Source: the human T2T-CHM13v2.0 reference genome, Homo sapiens. Taken from it: a DNA stretch of 64,000 nt. Under the pieces are notes generated by a model that searched no databases, had not been told where the DNA came from, and saw nothing but the letters and a program-made list of their open reading frames with translations. A program made the position numbers and the translations under genes. Shown here piece after piece: positions 17,388-30,751 of this stretch; positions within the stretch are counted from its first letter, which is position 1; every line of letters starts with the position of its first letter. Location: NCBI RefSeq assembly GCF_009914755.1, contig NC_060929.1. The stretch is one strand, 5' to 3'.

Positions 17388-18069
17388 ACTAAAAATTAGA
17401 GGCATTGAAAAGGAGGGAGCAGAGAGATTGGGAGAGAAGTATTTCAGTGGGTCCAGGCAAAAGATAATGGAAGCCTGATAATCGGGTGGAAATAGGACAG
17501 AAGAAATAGCTGGCAGGGACATTTCAGATATAGCACCTATAAGGAAGAAGGAGAAATCAGGAAAAAAACAAAAGGCATGGATTTTATCAATTTTTGTAAT
17601 TTTTTTGTGCCACCAACATAAATAGATGCCTAAATAATAAATAGATTTGAAGAAGGTTATTTGGTTTTTCTTTCTTCACTAGTTTTTGGCAGGGGGAAGA
17701 TAGTGTTTCTAACTGTGGACCTGCTGAGTTTGAGCTGCTTAGCAAGGTAGAAGTGTCCAGCAAACAGCAGCAAAAGTGGGCTGTGGCATGGATGAGGGTC
17801 AGGGTTGGTGTTGTGGATTTATGAGTCATGCCCATGCAAGGCCTGGTGGATGAGGTCACCCGAGGAGGGAGAATGTGGTTTCTGAGACTAATAGCTTCCC
17901 TCTGTATATTGATATCTATCTGAGTAATAATATTCATTTCTAGTGTAATAAAGACCCACTCAGCAGATGGTATCACATCATAAATAAGTCAAAGCAAGCC
18001 CAAGACATGATCCTTGCCCTCTGAGAGGCTGTGATTCAACTAGGCCCTCCTGGTTTGATCTGAGCCATA

Positions 18070-18335
18070 TTTTCTTATTTATTGAGCACATCTATTAGCT
18101 ATGCACTATTCTAAGTGCTGAGAATAAAGCAGTGAACAAAATAAACACCCCTGCCAGCATGGAGCTTATTCTCTAGCAGAGGGATGTGGACAATAAACAA
18201 AACAAACACAAACACAAAACAAATGAAATATTTATGATGTCAGATGGTGGTAAGTGCTATAGAAAAAAAATAAGCAGGGAAGAAAAGAGGGATGCCAGAT
18301 GGGAGAATTGCAACTTTAAATCAGGGGAGCTTTCT
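18070..18335 (-). mobile_element. L2 3' end
   Basis: TATTTATTGAGCAC...GCAGTGAACAAAA...CATGGAGCTTA. Confidence 0.7.
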
Positions 18336-19099
18336 TGAGAAACTGGCAATTGAGGCCCCTGGTAATCCCTGGTTTCTTGGGATGATTGATATGACTGGGG
18401 ATGAAAACATAGTGAGGCTAGTTCTGATCATCTCAAGGCAGAGCATGATGCAAGGCTGTGCAGGGTGGGGTGGGAGGGAGGGAGTGGAGGTCTTACCAGC
18501 AGCACTTGGGGAAGACCCCACTCCTCGGGGTCTTCTTTTTACCTCTGCTTTTGGAGACATTTGATCTCTGTCTTCTTCATCTTACTACAATTCCATTTGT
18601 GAAATTTCTTCCTTTCCAAAGCTCTTTCTCATTTTATTTTTCATTTGAAAGTCATAGAACTTCTGGACCTGGGGAATCTTAGGACTCAGAACAGGTGAGA
18701 GGCACTGGTTCCATCTTGTAGGTGTCTGCTCTTAACTGACTATGGGACACTGGTTCTGTGGCATGTTAGTTTTTACATGAAAATAAAATTCTGTTTTCAA
18801 ACATGTTTGAGAAGTACTGAGCTAAACACGTTGAATGGATTACGACTGTAGGACTTCACAAAATCTTTAATGTGCTACTTGGCATTGGCAAATCCCCAAA
18901 GAAGGAAACAGTATGCATGGTTTCCCAAACTTATTTGGCCATGGATATGCTTTGTTATGGAAAATCTCTAAAGGGATTATTGTTCCTAGGTACACACTTT
19001 GGGAAACAGCCTGCTGTATTATATGATGATGGGCAAATCATTTAGCCCTTCTGAATCTTTGTCTTCTCATCCATAAAATGAGAGTGTTGGCATGCTGCC

Positions 19100-20130
19100 C
19101 AAAGAATGTTAATACTGCCACAGGGCTCTGTCCTTGGCCTTGAACTTGCTTAGAATTTTATCAGTGACCTCGGTGAAGAGAAAAGAGGTAATTATCACAT
19201 CTGGAGATGGCACAAGGTTGGCAGGGGTGGCTGATAGGTCAGATGACAGAATCAAGACTTAAACTTATCTTGACATGTTAGGATGATAGGCCAAACTATC
19301 TGCAGAAAATCTAATAAGGATGATATATGGTTCTGCTTTTAGTTTCAGAAAATTGATTTTCGAAGTATAAGATGTAGAAGAGCAGCCTTGACAGCAGTTT
19401 ATGTAAAAAAATAAGAAAAGACCTGAAGATTTTGATTTACCACAAGCCCAAGATGAGCCATCAGGGGATGTGGCTGCTCTAAAACTGAACCCAGTGAGGT
19501 TTTATTAGTAGAAATGATTCTGTTCTGAGGGAGCTGTGGGTTTCCCAGGGGCTGGCTCTTCTGATTACTTGCCACCTGGGGTATTAATATCCAACGTTTT
19601 TGAGAGCATATTACGTGCTTATCACTGTATCCTGCAGGTTATGTGTATCCTCTGATTTAGTCCCCACACTAGACATGTGAGGAATTATTATTATAATAAT
19701 ACATATTGTACAGATGAGGACACCGAGGCTCAGAGATTGGTGTGGAGCCTGGATTTGAAAGCTGTAGATTGTGTCTAGAGCCTGGATTATTTTGACTTCC
19801 ACCAGGATGGCAAGAGATCTGGGAACCATAAGATTTGAAGAGGGAATGGGTGATGTGCTGTTTAAAAGGAAAAAAGGGCTGAAAATGAACATTATCTTCT
19901 AACAACAAAAGCTTTTCTGTTGAAGAGGAATCGACTCTTGCCGTGCCCCTTTATAGGATGGAAGTAGAAATGGTTGTTAGAAGTCACAGGGAGACTTTTA
20001 ATTTAATATAAAGAAAAACTTTCTAAAGACTAGACTGATCCAAAATGGATTGGAAAACCTCATTAAGTAGCCTTCTGTTTCTTTCTCTTTCTCTCTCTAA
20101 ATATTTAGGTAGAGGTTAAACAATTATGGA
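19100..20130 (+). mobile_element. L3/CR1 LINE remnant (RT region to 3' end) with a MIR inserted at ~19660-19800
   Basis: CAGGGCTCTGTCCTTGGCC (QGSVLG), ATCAGTGACCT and GGAGATGGCACAAGGTTGGCAGGG (decayed ADDTKLGG) are CR1 RT motifs. Confidence 0.7.
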
Positions 20131-20781
20131 TGTTAGTACTTGGTAAAATGTCAAACTACATTAATGGAGCTACTAATCAATTACTTTAGTAACTTTGTCA
20201 ATCTGTTTGTCTATAATGCTCAAAAAACATTGGGATACACAAAATAATGTGACACACTCCTTGCTTTCAAACAACTTCTTATCAAGTCAGGAAGACAGAT
20301 ATGAAACAAATGACAAGTGATCCTGGACTTGACAATGACTTAATTTGTGAGCTCTGCCTTCATGGTTCTTTTTACCTTAAGTATCATATACCCGTCAGGG
20401 TCAACCAAAGCTTGTGTTTTGAGTGGTCCAATGGCTATGGAAGACATATCCTTTTGACAGTCAGGGATCACCTGCAATTCAACAGTGGTCAGGGATTACC
20501 TGCAATTCAGCAGACTCTGGTACAAATGGGAGAGCAAGAGAACATTGAAGATGCGGAGAAAGAGGAGGAAATGGAAGCAGAAGCATTAGCCAAAGAAGTC
20601 TAAGTGTAGGGCCATGCCACCAAGAAGCTGTTTGTCCCTGACACTTTCAAAGGCATTAATGCATGCTGAAACTTAGGGAGTTTCCAAGACTGATGACCCT
20701 AGTGTGAATACCATGTCAGTTATGACAGCAAAGAAAAGCACCTATACTTCCTCCAGGGAAATTCACTTGGAAAAGAAAGAA

Positions 20782-21065
20782 GGCTGGGCGCAGTGGCTCA
20801 TGCCTGTAATCCCAGCACTTTGGGAGGCCAAGGCAGGCAAATCATGAGGTCAGGAGATCGAGACCATCCTGGCTAACAGAGTGAAACCCCATCTCCACTA
20901 AAAAATACAAAAAAATTAGCCGGGCGTGGTGGCGGGCACCTGTAGTCCCAGCTACTCAGGAGGCTGAGGTGGAGCTTGCAGTGAGCCAAGATTGCGCCAC
21001 TGCACTCCAGGCTGGGTGACAGAGCAAGACTCCCATCTCAAAAAAAAAAAAAAAAAAAAAAAAAA
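20782..21065 (+). mobile_element. AluY/AluSc-like with ~26-bp internal deletion in the right arm
   Basis: GGAGGCTGAGG is joined directly to TGGAGCTTGCAG; A tail 21039-21065. Confidence 0.9.
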
Positions 21066-21799
21066 TCCTACCCAAGCTCATTGGATTCTTGTTTTAAGAA
21101 GCCTCATTCAGTCTAATCCATGATGAAACAATTCCCAGAAACAACTTTTAGAGTATAGCATTTGTGTTCAGTGTTTTATGTTGTAAATACTTGCACAATT
21201 ATTTTTTTCTGGTCACTTATTTCATATTAGGTTTGGAATTTGTATAGATTAGTGGACTTACTTAGAATAGGCTTTGCTTTCTATGTCAAAGTTGGACTCA
21301 AAGTTAGAGGTCCTTATATATAATGTAACGTTTACAATTGCAATGTGTATAGGATACAGTGGGGTGCACCAGCAAGGGGGAGACATGTGGCCCCGGAGAT
21401 GGACAGGAGGTCGGAAATGGTTCATGATGAGGTGAAGCTTGAAATACTAGTAGGAATTATTCACACAGACAAAAGAAAAAAGGGACAACACTAGCAAAGG
21501 AAGTAATGGGCTCAACACCACAAAGCCTATGGTAGTACACCTTCCACCTCTCAAATTACTCCATGACCGGATCATCCTCTACCATCATTCTAGATAGCCA
21601 TTACCTATCCAGGGTGATTTTAGGTGACTGCGCAAACTTGTGGCGTCAAATAAGACTGAATCTTAAAATGAAAAAGTCATTCTTTTAAAAATTCTCTTTT
21701 AATCCTTCTAATTGCAACAAAGAAAAAAGTCTTAGGTTCATGCCACTATGCACATGAATAGCCTTTTTAACAAAGAGGGGGAATATCTCAAGTTTATTT

Positions 21800-21950
21800 T
21801 CCTGTTCCTCAGTTCTCTCATCTGCAAAATGGGGACAACAATAGAGACTAGTTGATAGACTGGTGTCAATTAAATGAAATATTATCTATAAAGCCTTCAG
21901 AACAGTATCTGGCACATATTAAAGTCTCAGTAAGTATTTCCTATTATTAT
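21800..21950 (+). mobile_element. MIR SINE fragment
   Basis: CCTCAGTTCTCTCATCTGCAAAATGGGGA...TAAATGAAATA...TGGCACATA. Confidence 0.7.
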
Positions 21951-23877
21951 TTTTGTTTTTGTTGCTATTGTCTTCCTAGGCAAGCAACATTTATCTGTTT
22001 AGAATGTAACAATATGGTTTTGTTTTGAATAAATTCATTTTTACAGTTAATAGTTGCCCTCTAAATTTTGTAACTGATACTGGTTTCTTTTAAAATTAAG
22101 AACGTGGACAAGCCAGGCAGAATGGGAATGAACACATTTTGGGAAATATAGCCCCAGATGATTTGTCAGGGTTTCTGCAGCTCTAAATGTCAAAGACTGT
22201 ACTGATGGAGGAGGGAGGCCCAGAGAGGACAGAAACTTTACCCAAGGTCACGGGGCTCATTAGTGGCAGAGCTAGGAGCAGATCCAAGACCTCCAGATGC
22301 TCAGGCTCACGTTCTTCTCTCTGGAACTTGTTCATGGTCCAAAGCCCTGGGACTCTTCTCAGCTGACAGAGCCCTGTATTGGCCTTGACCTGGCAAAAGG
22401 TACACAGCCAGGGTTGCAGCTCTACAGAAAGCTCTGTTTACTCCCTCTGACTGCACTGAACCCTGAACCATGTCCTAAAACCAACAGTTGCTTGCTGTAA
22501 TATTCCTACATTCTTACTGAGCCCTAACACCACGTTCAACACTGGGAATTTGGGTGGGCCCAGAGTGCCTTTAGTATTACTGTTATAATTCAAAACATCC
22601 AAATTATTATTTTCTCCATGAGATGAAGCCAGGAGAGTGCTGTTAAGTGGAGAGAAAAGTGTTTGTTACACTAGGCGTTCCAACAAAATGTCCTCCTTTG
22701 CTATTAAATCATAGCTTTTCTAAATGAAATGATATTTTGCAAACTTTGGCAGTGACCAAAGTTTGGACATTGTGCAGGGTCCAAACTTTCTCTCTCTCTC
22801 TTTCCCATTTTGTGCTTTTTCTCCATGTGGTCCAGAGAACTACTATTTGCTGGCTTTACTTTTCTTGTATGTCTTTCCTTATGACCCAAGTTGTCTACTT
22901 TCCCCAAAGACCTCAGATAACTTGATTTTCTACCCACAACTTGTCATTTTAATAAAGAATGAAACGGATAAATAGAGGCTAGAGACTGCAACCCATTACC
23001 CAAATGGGTTGTTTCTCAGAATCCCCCTTTCTTTCGAGTTAAGTGTGAATGGCTACATGGAAAGACATGTGCTTGTTACCCTAATGCCCCCAAACAGAAA
23101 ATTAATGAAGGTCTATGGACATGGGAATTAAATCTGCAAAGGCTGAAGGTGATCAATAAACTCTATGAAAAAATGGCTTCAACCATATAAAACCCTCTAC
23201 TGGACTCTTTTGTTCAGTCCTGTTTCCTGTGTGAACTGTACTAATGGGTACCTACCCATTTCCTAATCACCTCCACTGCCACCGAGAAGCTGTTAGTGGA
23301 ATTGGCATTCTCAGGTCCCGTCTTCTCTTTCATTTCTTGGTCTTCACTGACATGGCCTGAACAATTCAAGAGCGTGGCTTCCACATCCTTAGCTCCACTT
23401 TTGGAGCTCAAAGCAGGATTCAGAGCCGAGGAAACCCATTGACAGGCCTGGGGCATGCATGAGCCTGCAGCTGGGCTGCTGTTCTTCTACAAGACCCGGG
23501 GGACATGGAGTAGTATTGAGATTGCAAATCAGAAAAACTCTTCCTGCAGCCTGGCTTACATTGAGGAAAATTCCTGCTGGTGCATCGAAAGACAGGAGTC
23601 TGCTCCCCTGCTCACTGACCACAGAGCACACCCCATGCCTCTGCTCTCAGTATCCTTGGGCAGTGTCTCTCAGTAGGCTTGCCTGTATCTCTCTTGGGCG
23701 TCTTGGGCCCCCTTTCTCCCTTTCTTGCCAAATCTCCTTCCTTAAGCAGTTATCTAGGCCTGTAACGTAACTTTGAAATGTTTCAACTAAGAGTTCAGGG
23801 CACAGAAATGGTAAATGAGAGCAACTCCCTGTTTCCTGAGAATGGGAGCTTCTCATTATTCGAGTATCTTGGTATTT

Positions 23878-24015
23878 ATGCATTCATTCATTCATTCATT
23901 CATTCATTCGTTGATTTAACAAATATTTATTAAGACTAGTACAAAGCACCATTCTAGGAACTAATTGTGAACGAGACAGGCAAGAATCTTGCCCTTATGG
24001 AACTTATATTCCTGG
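23878..24015 (-). mobile_element. L2 3' end with (CATT)n tail
   Basis: (CATT)7 followed by AACAAATATTTATT...GCCCTTATGGAACTTATATTC. Confidence 0.75.
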
Positions 24016-24018
24016 GAT

Positions 24019-24195
24019 CAGGTCTGGCTTCATAATTTGTGAGGCCAGTGTAAATGAAAATGCAGAGCCTTTGTTAAAAAATAATTAAGATTTTTCATGA
24101 CAGTAACAGCAGAGCATTAAGTGAGGCATGGGGGCCTTTTAAGTGTGGGGCTCAGTGCAACTTGTTCAGGTTACACACCCATGAAGCTGGCCCTG
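24019..24195 (-). mobile_element. MER45A-like hAT-Tip100 MITE
   Basis: Ends CAGGTCTGGCTTCAT ... ATGAAGCTGGCCCTG; internal CAGCAGAGCATTAA. Confidence 0.75.
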
Positions 24196-25154
24196 GTAGG
24201 GGTGACTGGAAAGTAAACATGCATGTCTCTGATGGATGAGCAGTCCAAAGGATGAGACCCAATTCATTGACTTCCTACAGGACTGACAACAGTTGGATTG
24301 TTCTTTAATGATTCAGAAATCAAGACAGAATTTTTCTGGGTCTCAGGTCATCATTAAATATAGTTTGTTGTTGCATAATTAAAGAATTGGCTTTGTGAGC
24401 TCTGAGTAACAGGATGATGGCTTATGGAGAGTCAGTGTGTTTGGAATAATAAGCCCAAGAAAATGATACTTTTGAAGATTAAAACGAGTAGAGTTACTTC
24501 TCATGATTGCTTCCCACAAACTCCTGAAAATCCTCTAAATACTCAAACAAATAAAACTAAGCATGCTACCTGAATACAGAAACTGTTACAGCTGCAGATA
24601 TAAATTATTCTGGTAGTGCAGGATAACCTGTTTTAAGGGAACCCAGTGGACTACCAGTGCAATGAATAGGTTTAGAGGTTAATTTCTCAGACAATTCATG
24701 TAAATTCTGAATGTGATTTTGAATGCAGTGTTGGCAGGTATTTGCGAACGGCTGGCTATTCCACAGGTTCCCAAATTTCAGTCCCTAAGCTTGGCCAGTC
24801 CCTTCCTTTACCCCTGTTCAAATGTCTCTTTTCCATCCAAAAGTAACGAAAAGAGAGCCAAGGATCTGACAGTGGATTCTGTTAACTTCATTGTTGAAAA
24901 AAAAAAAATACCAAGAACATGATTCTGACTTTCAAGCCCAACTGACAAGGAGGGAAACTCTAGTGAATGTGCTGGCATACACGTACTGGACTTTTATGAA
25001 AATTAAAAACAATCCTGTGGCCTTTGGAAATGAAAGCCAATTGAGTAATAGCACTGTGTAGGAAAGATTTTGTTCTCAAGGTGAGTATTTCACAACTGGG
25101 GCCGTTCGGGGGCCCATGTGTTTCACAAGTGATGTGTGTCATCATCATTAACTA

Positions 25155-25365
25155 GTCTGGTGTATAGAAAGATCACTGAATGGAAACATGGGTTTTTATT
25201 CCTATCTCTGCCGTGAAGTCAGGTTCCTAGCTCTCTCAGTTTTTCATCTGTAGAATGGGGGAGATAATAGCCCATCACTAAGAGTTATTGTGAGATTCAA
25301 ATTAGCAACATATATAAAAGTCTTTGTAAACTGCATGTTGTTTTACAAATATTGGGTTTATTATT
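25155..25365 (+). mobile_element. MIR SINE
   Basis: CTCAGTTTTTCATCTGTAGAATGGGGAGATAATA...GTTATTGTGAGATTCAAAT. Confidence 0.65.
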
Positions 25366-26154
25366 ACTCTAATTGCCATTTTATTTATTTCTGTTTTCCA
25401 AGGTGAGCTCTTTGGGTGTAAAATGCAAAGATGGGATGAAGAGACATTGCAGCCCTCTGATTACTCACTTGGGGGAAGTAGATCAAGGCTATGATGTTGC
25501 CTGACAGTGATGGTTGAAGGCAGCTGAGTCCTGTCATGGAAAATGTAAAGGCCCTCCCCTTTTTCATTTCCCTCCAGGAACTTCTGCCTGTAGTAATAAA
25601 GAATCCTGTGTTCATGCCTGTGTTGCTTCATTTTAGGAGCTTGACTTTTATATGAATCTTTGTCCATGTGCAGGGCTGTCGACTATTGTTTCTGCCTCAG
25701 CTTACCCATGAAGAAAGGGAAGTGTGTGACATTAAATGATTTGCCCAGGTCACCCAGAAAGTCAGTGATGGAGTCTACAAAAGAAAGGATAAGTTGTTTT
25801 TCTTCATTCTCTACCTCAGCCACCAGAGGAAATCGCAGCAAAGTGTCCAGGATGGTTCAATAATCAGCCCTCCTTCCTTCCCATGACCAGAAGCCACAGT
25901 TATTTCCATGAGGATGCTGGTGTTTGGCTTCCTTCCTGCCTCATTTGACTGAGTTGTCTTTGCTGTAGAGCTTGCTTTTCTGTAAGGCCAACGCTGTATC
26001 AGAACCCATGGATTATAAGCAATATTCACTGTGTGCCGAACCCTTAACACTAGGCACTGGGAGACACCATGAGGGGACCTAACCCATCTACAATATAAAA
26101 ATAAGCCTATGGAACAGAACTGGGGGAACCTAGAAAGACCTGCTCTGGGGAGCC

Positions 26155-26340
26155 ATTTATACCTGGCTTTGAATCTCAGGGCAGTCACTTATCAGCTGTG
26201 TAGCTTTGGGGAAGTTACACAATCTCTCTGAGCCTTGCTTCCTTCACTTTCAAAATGGAACTTGTAGCATCTACCACAAGAAGAGTATTCTGAGAATTTA
26301 AGAAGCCTATTTATACATGTATATCTAAATGTGGGCATAC
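26155..26340 (+). mobile_element. MIR SINE
   Basis: GGCTTTGAATCTC...CAGCTGTGTAGCTTTGGGGAAGTTAC...TCTCTCTGAGCC. Confidence 0.65.
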
Positions 26341-27004
26341 AATGGCAAATGAGATGAGAAACAGAAGGAAAGAGAGAAAGGGAGGCTAGCACATGTTTAT
26401 CACAGGTTAAGAGTGCAATAAACATCACCTTAATCTTTCTTTTCTCTAATTGGCCTATTATTAATCTTGAAATCTTGACCTCGGGACACTTCTCAAGGGC
26501 TGTCATAAAACATTATTGTTTTTTCTGAATTCAGCACTAAGTCATGTTCAGAGAGAACTGTTTGTTAGTTCTTAGAGGGAAGAGTTAGTTTATGACTTCT
26601 TAAAACAGGATTAATGCCTGAGGCCTAGTTTGCTCCAGAAGCACTGTGCTCCCGTAGCAACCTGTACTCTCCCATCGTAACCCGGAAAGGGCTAGATGCT
26701 ATCACTTGTTTCAATTTCTGTCTTCCCTGCCTGGCTATCAGTCCCCTGAAATCAGGGAGAGTGTCTGTCCTGTTCGATACCCACACCTAGCTTATGCCTG
26801 CCCATGCTAGCAAACCAATAAATGATTGTAGGAAAAGCTAAAAGGAGCTAAGTTCATGGGTGCTAGGTTTGAAATGGGTTATTAAAAAGCTGTATGCATT
26901 TCAGGTATATTTCCATCTTTTTGATATTGATGTGTATAGGACAACCTGGCTCTCAATGTTCTTCCCATAGAAGGAAGAACCTTGGTCTTGCAGAACCATT
27001 TGTT

Positions 27005-27320
27005 CTTTCATTTACTTAACAAAATACATTTAGCATCAACTACATGCCAAGGATTTTTCTAGGTGCTGGGATATATACAGAAGTCACCTAAAGAGACCTA
27101 AGGTGACTCTAAGAGATCACATTCTAGTTGGAGAAAGCAGGCAACAAACACATATACAATATGCCCAGATCTGTGAAGGAAGATGAAGGTGGATAACAGG
27201 GTGGGAAAATGAGAGGGGTGCTGTTTTAGATGGGATCCTCAGAGAGGCCTCAGATAAAGGGAAGTTTCAGCAAAGGCCTGCAGAAGTCAGGAACTGAGCC
27301 TGTGGGTATCAGAGGAAGTA
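27005..27320 (-). mobile_element. L2 3' fragment
   Basis: AACAAAATACATTTAGCATCAACTACATGCCAAG...CTAGGTGCTGGGATA. Confidence 0.6.
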
Positions 27321-28661
27321 GATTTGAAATAGCAGGATCAGCCAAAGTTGACTGTCATCATTGGCTTCCACTCTGATGGTGGTTGGAAGTCACAGGGGTG
27401 AGGGTAACTGTTGGAGCCAGCATGGTGATTGTGAAGGGAGCCTCATGCTTCTCAGTGCTCACTCAGGGCAACCCTGGCTCCTCTTTCAGGCAAATGCAGG
27501 TGGATATGCTAGTCTTTGGGCAAGAGAAACAGGTGTGGCTTTATTTTATATCTTGGCCAATATTCATACAAGGTTTTTAACGATGGAAAATGCAAACCTG
27601 CAGGAACGATTCCCACACTACCTGAAGGCCAAACACCTCTTTACATTACCCAGGTTGCTGAAGGGCCTGGCCATGACTCCTTGGCTCTGAGTGGGTACTG
27701 GCCAGGAAAACAGCTCTTGGGAGCCAGCGAAGGCAGATGCCAGTCCCTGGCACCTCTAGTCCATCACTGATGAGGAACAGAAAAGTTATGATGGGGCAGG
27801 GGAACATGACACTCGTCCACAGAGCACACATAGCAGCAGAGAGACAGTTAATATTCCATCTAAAGGATTTTTGAGGCTGCTTAGAGAGAGGACATATTTC
27901 CAATTTCTCCTGAGAGGAGAAACTGTTGGGAAAGTTGCACCTTCAGTCAGTCCCCAGCTCACAGAGAAGAGCCTGAAAAATCACACATGAGGAGATGTGA
28001 AACAGAACAACGGAGCTGAGAGCTCCTCTGAGAAACTTGGAGGCGCAGTGGCAGCTGGAAAGCCTTGTTTTCCTCAGGTTTCCAAACTTCCCTCAACGAA
28101 CTTCACTGTTGGTCTCCGTGTGGTGTGAAATGATTAATTCTTTCAAATGACACATGGAGCCGCCGAGACCAGGGACAACTTTTCTCCATTTTAGAACGAG
28201 CAAGAAATGGATTTCTGCCACTGCTTTCTGGTTGTTTTGTTTTGTTGTTGTTTTTAAATCTGACCCTCCTCCCCATCAATATTGACGCTGGAAATTGAAA
28301 ATGGGCGAATGATGCTGTATTTATCTGGGGAAAGCTTGCCCTCATTTACTGTTTTTATTTTACACCCAATTGCTTTGGCCATGGGACACAGTCGTCTGCT
28401 GATTTGAAGAGCCAATAGCTGTATATTCACTTATTCCCTAGTTCCAGAGGTGGTGCAGTGCTTGGGAAAAGTCTAGGATGGAAAGAAAGCATCCTAGACT
28501 AGGGTGCTATGAGAAGGTCAACCAGGTTGAATGGCTACTCTCTTTTGGAATTCTCTCACAGAGTCTTGGGAATTGTTCATTGATCCAAAATTATTTTTAC
28601 TAACTGCTGATATGTACTGGGTGTCAGGGTTATATAAATGGATAAAAATGTGATCCTCAAA

Positions 28662-28810
28662 TTTTTTTTTATATATATATATATATATTTTATAGAGATA
28701 GGTTCTTGCTATGTTGCCCAGGCTAGTCTTGAACTCCTGAGCTCAAGTGATCTGCCCACCTTGGCCTCTCAAAGTGTTGGGACTATAGGCATGAGCCATG
28801 GCATCTGGTC
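28662..28810 (-). mobile_element. FLAM / left Alu monomer with (TA)n tail
   Basis: TTGCTATGTTGCCCAGGCTAGTCTTGAACTCCTGAGCTCAAG; ATCCTCAA on both flanks. Confidence 0.85.
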
Positions 28811-28910
28811 AATCCTCAATCTGAAGGACATCAGAGATTGGTAGGATACCACAGTGAAAATAGAAAACTGAGGAAACAGTGGTGTTGGTGGTGGTTATCT
28901 GACTGCACTT

Positions 28911-29214
28911 TATTTTTAATTTTTTTTTATTTTGAGACAAGGTCTTGCTCTGTCCCCCAAGCTGGAGTGCAGTGGCGTGATCACAGATCACTGCAACTGC
29001 TGCCTCCTGCGTTCAAGTAATCCTCCTGCCTCAGCCTCCTGAGTAGCTGGGGCTATAGGTATAAGCCACCACGACCAACTAATTTTTGTATTTTTTGTAA
29101 AGACGGGTTTCACCATGTTGCCCAGGCTGCTCTCAAACTCCTGAGCTCAAACGATCTGGCCCCCCTCAGCCTCCCAAAGTGCTGGGATTACAGGTGTGAG
29201 CCATCGCACTGGCC
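28911..29214 (-). mobile_element. AluJ
   Basis: GATCACAGATCACTGCA and CTCCTGAGCTCAA J-type features; TSD-like CTGCACTT on both sides. Confidence 0.88.
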
Positions 29215-29227
29215 TGCCTGCACTTTT

Positions 29228-29322
29228 TTTCCTTCCTCCTTCCCTCCCTCCTTCCCTCACTTTCTTCCTGCCTCTCTCCCTCCCTCATTTCCTTCCTCCC
29301 TTCCTGCCTTACTTCCCCCTTC
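29228..29322. repeat. CT-rich low-complexity tract
   Basis: Degenerate (CCTT/CCCT)n. Confidence 0.8.
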
Positions 29323-30164
29323 ATCACACATTATTGAGCACTTAGCCTGTGGCAATTACCAATTTACAAACACATGAGACCAAGTTATTATCCCCAATCC
29401 ACCGGCTTTTTAGTATCAGTCAATATTGAGTGAGAAATGGTCAGCTTTAGAGGACCATTGGCTCTCAAACTGTTAGTCCTTCATTTTTCACTCCTTCAGC
29501 CACAGTCTCTAGAAATATCTCAGTGGACGGTGAATGCTTCCTTAGGGCAGGAACCCAGGTTTTCTGACTCATCTGTACCTCCTGTCTACCTGGCACAGCA
29601 CAACAGCTCACTAAGTACTGAATGAGTGAGTGAATGAATAATATATTCAAATCACCATCAAGTGGCTGGGAGATTTGACAATCCACTGGAAAATTGGATC
29701 TTCATAGGTGTCCACACCAGATAACTCTAGCCACAGTTGGAAATTTACTTTGGGGTTTGAATTATATGCCATACACATAATTCACTAAAAATATGTGGCT
29801 TTCCTGTCCAGGAGGTTCTGAGACCCATCTAGGAATGACATTTACTCAAAGTATTTTGGCAGTTGTTTTGGCAACTTCTTCCATTTCTTGAAAGCTAGGT
29901 TTCAGAAGAGAGAATATTTTACTGACTCTCACAGGGAGGGTCCTGATTAGGCCCAGAGGGAGCTCAGGGATGTCCCAGGTGGAATCTCCTATGCCTACTG
30001 CCCATGTTGACCCCATGCCCTGCTGTGACAAGTCTGGACCTTTGGATTCTGGTGGCTTCTCTGTGTCATGTGGCCTGGTGTGGTGAAAATGATGGAAGAA
30101 AATTGAATGTGAAGTTAGGGGCTATTAGAGCAAATTGTGAAACCAGCTGTGTGATCACGAGCCC

Positions 30165-30628
30165 TGTATAGTTCCCTATTGCTGCTGTAACAAATTATGA
30201 CAAACATAGTGGCTTCAAACAGCACAAATGTATTATCTTACAATTCTGGATAGAAGGCCAAGATGACTCTTAAGAGGCTAAAGCGAAGACGTCAACAGGG
30301 TCAGTTCCTTATGGAAGCTCCAGTAGAGAATTCATTCTTTGCCTCTTTCACTTCTAGAGGCTGCCGGCATTTCTTGGGTCCTGGCCACATCCTTCCGGTC
30401 TCTGCTTCTGTGCTCACAGCACTTTCTTCTCTATCATAGGCAAATCTTCCTCTGCCTCCATCCTATAAGGACCCTTGTCCTTATAGAAGAGGATAATCTC
30501 TCCATCACAAGATCCTTAATTCAATCACATCTGAATGTCTTTTTTTGGTATATAAAGTAACAATCGCAGGTTCCAAGAAATAGGATGTAGAAATTTTGAA
30601 GGTGGGGGGTCATTATCTAGCTAATAAC
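30165..30628 (-). mobile_element. MLT1B/C-type MaLR LTR
   Basis: TATTGCTGCTGTAACAAATTA...AGTGGCTT...CTTCTAGAGGCTGCC...GGATAATCTCTCCATC...ATCCTTAAT. Confidence 0.8.
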
Positions 30629-30751
30629 AAGCCCTTTAATCTTGATGAAACTGTCCTCATATCCACATAAAATGAAATAAAAATTAATAATTATTTATGC
30701 TGTGTTCTATATTACTCTTCTACTGTAAAGACTATTAAAACACACAGTTTT

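Larger units (their letters stand above)
16470..17880 (-). mobile_element. L2 LINE fragment, interrupted by nested DNA transposons
   Basis: Purine-rich L2-like tracts GGCAATAGGGAGTCACTGAAAGTTTT and GGACCTGCTGAGTTTGAG...GGATGAGGTCACC on either side of the insertions. Confidence 0.5.

Noticed and set aside
20301-20603. 100-aa ORF with acidic tail
   Set aside because: No recognisable domain; it starts in L2-like sequence and includes a tandem duplication.
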